From assembly GCA_028687755.1 (NCBI GenBank), contig JAQTZL010000003.1:144712-208711 (forward strand): a stretch of DNA of 64,000 nucleotides, given 5' to 3'. This document shows, in pieces, positions 54,434 to 64,000 of the stretch. Source of the DNA: Candidatus Nanopelagicales bacterium (lineage in GTDB: Bacteria; Actinomycetota; Actinomycetes; S36-B12). Position numbers and translations under genes: made by a program. The notes beneath the pieces are model-generated. The model worked only from the letters and a program-made list of their open reading frames with translations, was not told the DNA's origin and made no database searches. Positions within the stretch are counted from its first letter, which is position 1. Each line of letters begins with the position of its first letter.

Positions 54434-54460
54434 CTGGCACTCGACTTGACGGAGTGCTAA
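54434..54460. promoter_or_regulatory. CIRCE element 1 (HrcA operator) overlapping the groES -35
   Basis: CTGGCACTC-N9-GAGTGCTAA; overlaps promoter TTGACG-N18-TAGATT (54446-54475). Confidence 0.92.
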
Positions 54461-54480
54461 CCGCCGGCGTAGATTCTGTT

Positions 54481-54507
54481 CTGGCACTCCCCACCGGGGA
54501 GTGCCAA
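54481..54507. promoter_or_regulatory. CIRCE element 2 (HrcA operator)
   Basis: CTGGCACTC-N9-GAGTGCCAA. Confidence 0.92.
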
Positions 54508-54566
54508 AAGACCTAACCGTTTCGCCCCCTAAAAAGGGCCTCACCGACTATCCGGAGGACGTAACC

Positions 54567-54866
54567 GTGTCGGTCACAATTAAGCCCCTTGAGGATCGCA
54601 TCCTCGTTCAGACACTCGAAGCTGAGCAGACCACTGCATCAGGCCTCGTTATTCCAGACACTGCGAAGGAAAAGCCTCAGGAAGGCACCGTTATCGCAGT
54701 AGGTCCCGGTCGTTTTGACGACGCTGGCGCCAAGCGCATTCCGCTTGACGTCAAGGTCGGCGACGTTGTGATCTACAGCAAGTACGGCGGCACTGAAGTG
54801 AAGTACAACGGCCAGGAGTACTTGCTGCTCTCAGCCCGCGACATCCTCGCAATCGTCGAAAAGTAA
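54567..54866 (+). CDS. groES: Co-chaperonin GroES
   Basis: [25 protein letters not shown]; GTG after GGAGGA. Confidence 0.99.
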   Translation: MSVTIKPLEDRILVQTLEAEQTTASGLVIPDTAKEKPQEGTVIAVGPGRFDDAGAKRIPLDVKVGDVVIYSKYGGTEVKYNGQEYLLLSARDILAIVEK

Positions 54867-54875
54867 ATCTCTTCG

Positions 54876-54915
54876 CGAAGCGCCCCGATCCGGCCTACCG
54901 GGGCGGGGCGCTTCG
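54876..54915 (+). other. GC-rich hairpin between groES and groEL
   Basis: CGAAGCGCCCCG ... CGGGGCGCTTCG, 12-bp stem. Confidence 0.6.
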
Positions 54916-54950
54916 TTCATAGCAATCCAATGCAATCCATTTGGGAGTGA

Positions 54951-56594
<1,644 letters not shown>

Positions 56595-56607
56595 AGAAAA
56601 ACCTCAC

Positions 56608-56643
56608 ACTGAAGGCGGCTTCCTCACGGGAGCCGCCTTCAGT
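56608..56643 (+). terminator. Hairpin after groEL
   Basis: ACTGAAGGCGGCTTCC-TCAC-GGGAGCCGCCTTCAGT followed by ATTT. Confidence 0.75.
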
Positions 56644-56688
56644 ATTTCTAGGGTTGGTTTGAGCACTCCACGAGGCCGGTAGCCTTAG

Positions 56689-58185
<1,497 letters not shown>

Positions 58186-58194
58186 GGAAACCAA

Positions 58195-59304
58195 GTGGAC
58201 ACCATTGAGATTGGTGGGACCAAGCGTGCCCGCCGTGGCTACACCTTTGATGAAGTAGCGATTGCTCCAAGCCGACGCACTCGTGACCCTCAAGGTGTTT
58301 CCACTAACTGGAACATTGATGCGTACCAGTTCAAATTGCCATTCATTGCAGCACCAATGGACTCCATTGTTTCGCCAGCGTCTGCCCAGACTCTGAGTGA
58401 GCTTGGCATGTTGGCAACCTTGAATGTTGAAGGCCTTTGGGGTCGTTATGAAGACCCAACGAAGTTGCTTGCAGAGATTGCTTCACTTCCCGCAGAGAAA
58501 GCAACCAAGCGCCTTCAGGAAATTTACGCAGCAGCGACAGTAAATCCAGAGCTTGTTGCACAGCGCGTTGCTGAACTTAAAGCAGCGGGCATCACCGTTG
58601 CCGTTGCAGTAAGCCCGCAGGCAACAGCTGCTCTTGCTCCTGTTGTTTCAAAAGCAGGCGCTGATCTCGTAGTGATTCGTGGAACCACAGTGTCCGCGGA
58701 GCATGTCACGGCCGATGGTGAACCGCTGAACCTCAAGCAGTTCATTTATGACCTTGATGCGCCAGTGATCGTTGGCGGTTGTGCGACCTACCAAGCCGCG
58801 CTGCACTTGATGCGTACAGGAGCAGCTGGCGTACTCGTGGGCTTTGGTGGAACATCAGACTCAACAACTTCTGACGTCCTGGGTGTCCGTGTGCCTATGG
58901 CAAGTGCGATCGCTGACGTAGCTGCAGCTCGTCGCGATTACCTTGACGAATCAGGTGGCCGTTATGTGCATGTAATTGCCGATGGTGGCCTTGGTCGAAG
59001 TGGCGACATTGTGAAGGCATTCGCTTGTGGTGCTGACGCGGCAATGCTCGGCTCTGTACTTGCCCGTGCAACTGATGCGCCAGGCAATGGCACGCACTGG
59101 GGCGCCGAAGCCTGGCATCCACATTTGCCTCGCGGTAAGCGCAACACCTTGGAGCAGTCAGGCACCTTCGCTGAAGTTCTTCATGGTCCTAGTCGCCAAG
59201 CTGATGGCACGATGAATATTGCTGGTGCACTGCGTAAGGCAATGGCAACCACGGGCTACAGCGATCTCAAGGAATTCCAGCGCGTTGAAATGGTCATTGG
59301 TTAA
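58195..59304 (+). CDS. guaB3: GuaB3 family IMP-dehydrogenase-related protein
   Basis: FDEVAIAPSRRTRDP, VIADGG...SGDI.KA.A.GADA; lacks the catalytic Cys loop, as is typical of GuaB3. Confidence 0.92.
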   Translation: MDTIEIGGTKRARRGYTFDEVAIAPSRRTRDPQGVSTNWNIDAYQFKLPFIAAPMDSIVSPASAQTLSELGMLATLNVEGLWGRYEDPTKLLAEIASLPAEKATKRLQEIYAAATVNPELVAQRVAELKAAGITVAVAVSPQATAALAPVVSKAGADLVVIRGTTVSAEHVTADGEPLNLKQFIYDLDAPVIVGGCATYQAALHLMRTGAAGVLVGFGGTSDSTTSDVLGVRVPMASAIADVAAARRDYLDESGGRYVHVIADGGLGRSGDIVKAFACGADAAMLGSVLARATDAPGNGTHWGAEAWHPHLPRGKRNTLEQSGTFAEVLHGPSRQADGTMNIAGALRKAMATTGYSDLKEFQRVEMVIG

Positions 59305-59312
59305 TCACGACC

Positions 59313-59585
59313 ATGGATGAAGTGGAAGTAGTCGCAAACGCTGCGCCACGCACCTACCTCTGGTGGGCTGTCGCGGCAACCGCGTTGTGCTTCTTTCCGC
59401 TTGGCATTGTGGCGTTGATCTTCTCGATCAAAACAATGGCTGCTGTCGATCGAGGCGATCTTGACGCTGCAAGTAGGTCAAGTAATTTGGCTCGTCGATG
59501 GCTCAAGATCACCGTGATTTTAGGTGTGGTGATTAATGGCCTCATTTTGGTCATCTTCGGTTTTATGGGTGCGTTTAGTTCGTAA
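59313..59585 (+). CDS. CD225/dispanin family membrane protein
   Basis: YL.W...T.LCFFPLGIVAL.FS......GD...A...S..A.RW pattern plus C-terminal TM. Confidence 0.8.
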   Translation: MDEVEVVANAAPRTYLWWAVAATALCFFPLGIVALIFSIKTMAAVDRGDLDAASRSSNLARRWLKITVILGVVINGLILVIFGFMGAFSS

Positions 59586-59614
59586 GTTTGTTCCTTCAAC
59601 GTTAGGCAATACAG

Positions 59615-61180
59615 GTGAGTGCACAGCCAACAGTTCTCGTCGTTGACTTCGGTGCGCAGTATGCGCAACTCATTGCTCGCCGCGTGCGCGAAGGCAAGGT
59701 GTATTCCGAAATCGTTCCGCACACCATCACTGCGGCAGAAGTGCAGGCGAAAGCCCCATCTGCCATCGTGTTGAGTGGTGGGCCTTCATCTGTTTATGAC
59801 GAAGGTGCACCTTCTCTGGACCCAGCGATTCTTGAACTGGGTGTTCCAGTATTTGGCATTTGCTACGGCTTCCAAGCAATGGCTCAAGCACTTGGTGGCA
59901 CGGTAGAAAACACTGGCGGTCGAGAATATGGCCGTACTCCGCTCACGGTGAGTGCATCAGGAAAACTTTTCGAAGGAATCCCAGCGACCCATCAGGTATG
60001 GATGTCACATGGCGATGGCGTCAGTGTTGCGCCTGAAGGTTTCACGATTGCCGCAAGTACGCCTGGTGCACCCGTTGCCGCCTTCGAAAATCTTGAACGA
60101 AAAATGGCAGGCGTTCAGTATCACCCAGAAGTGCTCCATAGTGAGCATGGTCAAACCATCCTCGTGAATTTCCTGCGCAACATTGCAGGGCTTGAACCAA
60201 CCTGGACCATGTCGAATGTGATCGACGAGCAAGTTGCAATCATCCGCGAAAAGGTTGGCACTGGCCGAGTTATCTGTGGTCTATCCGGCGGTGTTGATTC
60301 AGCTGTTGCTGCAGCATTGGTGCATAAAGCAGTAGGGGATCAGCTCACCTGCGTGTTCGTTGATCATGGTTTGCTTCGTAAGGGTGAAGCAGAGCAGGTT
60401 GAAGAAGACTATGTAGCAGCTACAGGTATCAAACTCGTTGTGGTGGATGCAAAAGAACAATTCTTGAATCACCTTGCAGGAGTGATTGATCCAGAGCAGA
60501 AGCGCAAAATCATTGGACGTGAATTCATTCGCGTGTTCGAGGCAGCAGAGCGTGAAGTTATTGCTGAGGCTGGCGCATCGGGTGAAAAGGTTGAGTGGTT
60601 GGTGCAAGGCACTCTCTACCCAGACGTTGTTGAATCGGGTGGTGGCACCGGAACTGCCAACATCAAGAGCCATCACAATGTCGGCGGCCTGCCTGATGAT
60701 CTTCAGTTCAAACTGATCGAACCATTGCGCACCTTGTTCAAGGATGAAGTGCGCCAAGTTGGTCTTGATCTTGGTTTGCCTCCAGAGATTGTTTGGCGTC
60801 ATCCCTTCCCAGGCCCGGGCCTAGCGATTCGAATTGTCGGCGCGATCGATGAAGATCGTCTTGAAATTCTGCGCGATGCTGATGCAATTGCGCGTGAAGA
60901 GCTCACGGCTGCAGGTCTTGACCGTGATGTTTGGCAGTTCCCGGTGGTGCTGCTTGCCGATGTGCGCTCCGTTGGCGTGCAAGGTGACGGCCGAACCTAT
61001 GGTCATCCAATTGTGTTACGCCCGGTCTCGAGTGAAGATGCGATGACTGCCGACTGGTCGCGCTTGCCATACGAGGTACTTGAACGAATATCTACGCGTA
61101 TTACCAACGAAGTGCGCGAAGTGAACCGAGTGGTGCTCGATATTACGAGCAAGCCGCCGGGCACTATTGAATGGGAGTAA
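59615..61180 (+). CDS. guaA: GMP synthase (glutamine-hydrolysing)
   Basis: [30 protein letters not shown]. Confidence 0.99.
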   Translation: MSAQPTVLVVDFGAQYAQLIARRVREGKVYSEIVPHTITAAEVQAKAPSAIVLSGGPSSVYDEGAPSLDPAILELGVPVFGICYGFQAMAQALGGTVENTGGREYGRTPLTVSASGKLFEGIPATHQVWMSHGDGVSVAPEGFTIAASTPGAPVAAFENLERKMAGVQYHPEVLHSEHGQTILVNFLRNIAGLEPTWTMSNVIDEQVAIIREKVGTGRVICGLSGGVDSAVAAALVHKAVGDQLTCVFVDHGLLRKGEAEQVEEDYVAATGIKLVVVDAKEQFLNHLAGVIDPEQKRKIIGREFIRVFEAAEREVIAEAGASGEKVEWLVQGTLYPDVVESGGGTGTANIKSHHNVGGLPDDLQFKLIEPLRTLFKDEVRQVGLDLGLPPEIVWRHPFPGPGLAIRIVGAIDEDRLEILRDADAIAREELTAAGLDRDVWQFPVVLLADVRSVGVQGDGRTYGHPIVLRPVSSEDAMTADWSRLPYEVLERISTRITNEVREVNRVVLDITSKPPGTIEWE

Positions 61181-61255
61181 TTCAGCGAGTCTCAACACGG
61201 ATGTTGTTGTGTCAAGTTAACAAGTGAACGCTGTTTGAACCATTACAGTCAGTCT

Positions 61256-61609
61256 ATGGAATTCATTTTTAATCTCATTGTTGTTCTGCACTTTGTGGGT
61301 CTGGCAAGTTTGCTCGGTGGCTTTATCGTGCAAATGAAGAGCCCAGATAAAGGCGTCAACCCAGCGATGCTTCATGGCGCACTTACTCAGTTAGTCACTG
61401 GCGTTTTGATGGTGGGCATCGTTGAGTCAGGCGCGCTCGACGAAGAAGAGCCGTTGAACATGAGCAAGATTGGTACCAAGCTCATCGTTGTTTTGATCAT
61501 CACAGCCCTTGCTTGGGTAGGTCGCAAGAAGCCTGCGCCACAGGTTGGGCTGTGGGGCGCTATCGGTGCACTCACCTTGTTGAACGTGGTGCTTGCAGTT
61601 TTCTGGTAA
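61256..61609 (+). CDS. Small multi-pass membrane protein, function unknown
   Basis: LHFVG.A.LLGG, HGAL.QLVTG..M, K..VV motifs of a common actinobacterial family; ATG at 61256 preceded by TACAGT-N6. Confidence 0.75.
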   Translation: MEFIFNLIVVLHFVGLASLLGGFIVQMKSPDKGVNPAMLHGALTQLVTGVLMVGIVESGALDEEEPLNMSKIGTKLIVVLIITALAWVGRKKPAPQVGLWGAIGALTLLNVVLAVFW

Positions 61610-61612
61610 TCC

Positions 61613-62326
61613 TTAAGGGATTTGAACCTTTAAGAACCCTTCAGCGAGGCGGCCTTCTGCAAAGTCGGCCGCCTTTGCTGTGCCTGCATTCCAACCGCGA
61701 ATGAAGTCATCGAATCCTTCAATGTGCGCTGTTTGACTTTCATGGGCCTTGAGGGCAGCGAGTTTGCGATCGAAATGATCAGTGATGTCGATGTAGTGAT
61801 CGAGATTTGGTCCAGCCATGACCCAGACGTGATGCACGGTCCAAGGCTCCAGGCCTTCATCGTCAAAGAGCGATGTATGTGCGAACTGATTGCGCGCATC
61901 GGGGTAGATGGCAAAAATCGCCGCTTCGCCTGCTGCGAGATGATCGGGGTGTGAAGCGGGCATGCGAGCCCAATTGCGTTCAGGAGACTGAATGATCATC
62001 AGTTGAGGACGCACCTGACGAATGACCCGGCTGATGTCGCGGCGTAAATCATGGGTAACTGTGAGCTCGCCATCCGTGTATCCCAGGAAGTGCAGATCGG
62101 TGACGCCGAGGATGGCAGCGGCCGCGGTTTGCTCAGCTTGGCGGATTTTGGGGATCTCGGAGCGGGGAACATCAGGGTCAAAGCCGCCGGCATCGCCATT
62201 AGTCGCGATGCAGTAACTCACCTGGATGCCAGCAGCGGTCAAGGTAGCGACGGTGCCAGCAGCCCCGAAGTCCACATCGTCTGGATGAGCAGTCACCACA
62301 AGAACGCGTTCAATTCCATCCAGCAT
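61613..62326 (-). CDS. PIG-L family Zn-dependent deacetylase (LmbE/MshB/Mca-like)
   Basis: AHPDD, T.G.AG, R..EQ..AA.ILG, HPDH; start at ATG 62326 or TTG 62332. Confidence 0.92.
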   Translation of the reverse strand: MLDGIERVLVVTAHPDDVDFGAAGTVATLTAAGIQVSYCIATNGDAGGFDPDVPRSEIPKIRQAEQTAAAAILGVTDLHFLGYTDGELTVTHDLRRDISRVIRQVRPQLMIIQSPERNWARMPASHPDHLAAGEAAIFAIYPDARNQFAHTSLFDDEGLEPWTVHHVWVMAGPNLDHYIDITDHFDRKLAALKAHESQTAHIEGFDDFIRGWNAGTAKAADFAEGRLAEGFLKVQIP

Positions 62327-62345
62327 GAGCAACTCTTTTCTCCAA

Positions 62346-62361
62346 TGTGACCCCGATCACA
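62346..62361. promoter_or_regulatory. CRP/GlxR-type binding site in a divergent promoter region
   Basis: TGTGA-CCCCGA-TCACA, perfect consensus. Confidence 0.7.
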
Positions 62362-62427
62362 TGATTGAGGCCTAAATCCCACTCGTCACATTCGTCACAT
62401 GGGCCACTTTCGTGACACCATAGGCGG

Positions 62428-64000
62428 GTGCTTCCCCGCCACGGGCATTTTGCCCTGTCTACTCGACGACGCCCTCATGGCGTTCGCGCGCTGACCTCGG
62501 CGGTTCTGGCAGCAACGTTACTCGTCGCGACCGCGCCGTTGGCGCAAGCGGCCGATTCTGGGTGGACTTCGAACAACTGGACAGGTGTCGTTGGCGGACC
62601 GCCTGTTCCGGGTGTGGGGCTACCCGCGGCACCAGTGCCGACGAATCCCGCGCCCGTGGCGCCCGTGGTCGACATTGCTCCTACCTATGAAGGCCAACAA
62701 ACATGTGACCCAACAATCAAACCCGGTGCCCAGCGTGCAGCGGATTTGATCAAAGCCACGTACGGCGCAAGTCAGACCGTATGGATTCCGCGCGGGTGTG
62801 ATGTTGGCGATCAAAGCGAGCACAAAGAAGGTCGTGCACTCGACTGGATGACTGATGTACGCAAAGCCCAAGAGCGCTCTAATGCTGAGACGTACTTGGC
62901 CTGGTTGCTTGGACCTGATGCGGCAGGTATTCCTTATGGCAATGCGATGCGTATGGGTGTGATGTACATCGGTTGGAATGATCGCATTTGGCGTGGCTAT
63001 GACGTCAGTCGCGGCTGGACCGAACTTAAGGGTTGTTTCTCAAAACCAGAACCGTCATCTGACACCACGTGTCACCGTAACCACATTCACATTTCGTTTA
63101 CTTGGGACGGTGCGGCGGGCACCACTTCCATGTGGACGGGAAATCCAATCACAGCGCCCTACTGCGCTCGCGCAAGTTCTGGTGCTAGTACGAAATATCC
63201 AGAAGCCCGAGGCGAACTCATTCCTGTTGGCCCAGTGCGTGTATTGGATACACGCGCGGGTCTTGGTGTTGCGCAACGGTGCAGGCTTCAACAAGATCGA
63301 TGGACGGGCGATTCACATCGCCTGTTCCCAAAGATCGCTGGCGTAGGTGGTCTTCCACCAAACAACGTTGGTTCAGTGCGCGTGCGTGTTACCGCGCAGG
63401 GATCGAACGCAAAAGCAACTGTTCGCGTGTGGTCTCCCGGTCAAGATAAGAGTCAGCCACTATTCGAAGTCGGCATGAATTCAGATGCCAGTGCCGAAAC
63501 CACTGTTCCTGTTTCGACTGACGGCACGATTGCCATTGCCACATCAACGGGTGCAACTGACGTTGTTGTAGAAGTGTTGGGCTACTACAAGGCTGATGCC
63601 ACAGGTGCAGCTGCAGCGCTACCAACAACGACGAGCGGTTCAACGCCTATGGGCGCGGTGCCGGTATTCACGCCAACACCGAATGCGACAGTGACGAAGG
63701 CGCCAGAAAAGGCGCCAGCGCAAACCATCACTCCAGCGAGCCCGCCGCCACTTGAACCTGAACCAAGTGAATTCCAGGCGCTTGGGTCGATCGTGGGATT
63801 TGAAACGACGAGTGATGCACCAATTCAAGCGGGTGAATCTCGAACGATTTCGCTGGCTGGTCTTCCAACAACCGCGCGAAGTGCGGTGGTGTTCGTGACC
63901 ACCAAGGAAGCCGAGAAGAAGGGTTTCCTTCGGATTGGGCGTTCGACCGCAACTGAATCCTTAAAGGTGAAGTTCCCAAAGACTGCAATGAAAAAGGCAG
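62428..64000 (+). CDS. Secreted or surface protein with putative Zn-peptidase domain and beta-sandwich modules (3' end outside window)
   Basis: Frame 1 is open from GTG 62428 to the window end in my manual translation. Signal peptide ...TSAVLAATLLVATAPLAQA; SEHKEGRALDW and HRNHIHISF; then PVGPVRVLDTR...TDVVVEVLGYY module and a Pro/Thr linker. Absent from the ORF track because it has no stop. Confidence 0.85.
   Translation, partial: MLPRHGHFALSTRRRPHGVRALTSAVLAATLLVATAPLAQAADSGWTSNNWTGVVGGPPVPGVGLPAAPVPTNPAPVAPVVDIAPTYEGQQTCDPTIKPGAQRAADLIKATYGASQTVWIPRGCDVGDQSEHKEGRALDWMTDVRKAQERSNAETYLAWLLGPDAAGIPYGNAMRMGVMYIGWNDRIWRGYDVSRGWTELKGCFSKPEPSSDTTCHRNHIHISFTWDGAAGTTSMWTGNPITAPYCARASSGASTKYPEARGELIPVGPVRVLDTRAGLGVAQRCRLQQDRWTGDSHRLFPKIAGVGGLPPNNVGSVRVRVTAQGSNAKATVRVWSPGQDKSQPLFEVGMNSDASAETTVPVSTDGTIAIATSTGATDVVVEVLGYYKADATGAAAALPTTTSGSTPMGAVPVFTPTPNATVTKAPEKAPAQTITPASPPPLEPEPSEFQALGSIVGFETTSDAPIQAGESRTISLAGLPTTARSAVVFVTTKEAEKKGFLRIGRSTATESLKVKFPKTAMKKA

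Overview
Core-genome window from an actinobacterium (Actinomycetota, about 55% GC by eye, compact gene order suggesting an aquatic or streamlined lineage; the taxonomy is inference). It carries murB (3' end), an aspartate-type aminotransferase, tRNA-Trp, secE-nusG-rplK-rplA, rplJ-rplL, rpoB-rpoC, a contiguous str-S10-spc-alpha ribosomal superoperon, truA-rplM-rpsI-glmM, glmS-nnr-alr-hydrolase-tsaE-tsaB-rimI-tsaD, groES-groEL1 with twin CIRCE boxes, and guaB-guaB3-guaA. A few accessory genes are slotted into this skeleton. The most interesting is a sulfide:quinone oxidoreductase (SQR) cassette inserted antisense between map and infA. It has a perfect CsoR/CstR-type operator upstream and an unannotated 47-aa ORF with its own RBS directly downstream. 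Other points: RpsL naturally carries Arg at the K88 streptomycin-resistance position; there are several candidate structured RNA leaders (before rpoB, rpsL, rplN, rpsH, rpsM, rpoA); and a secreted Zn-peptidase-like ORF, missed by the ORF track because it runs off the window end, sits behind a perfect CRP-type site. I saw no mobile element, CRISPR array, rRNA gene, intein or frameshifted gene.
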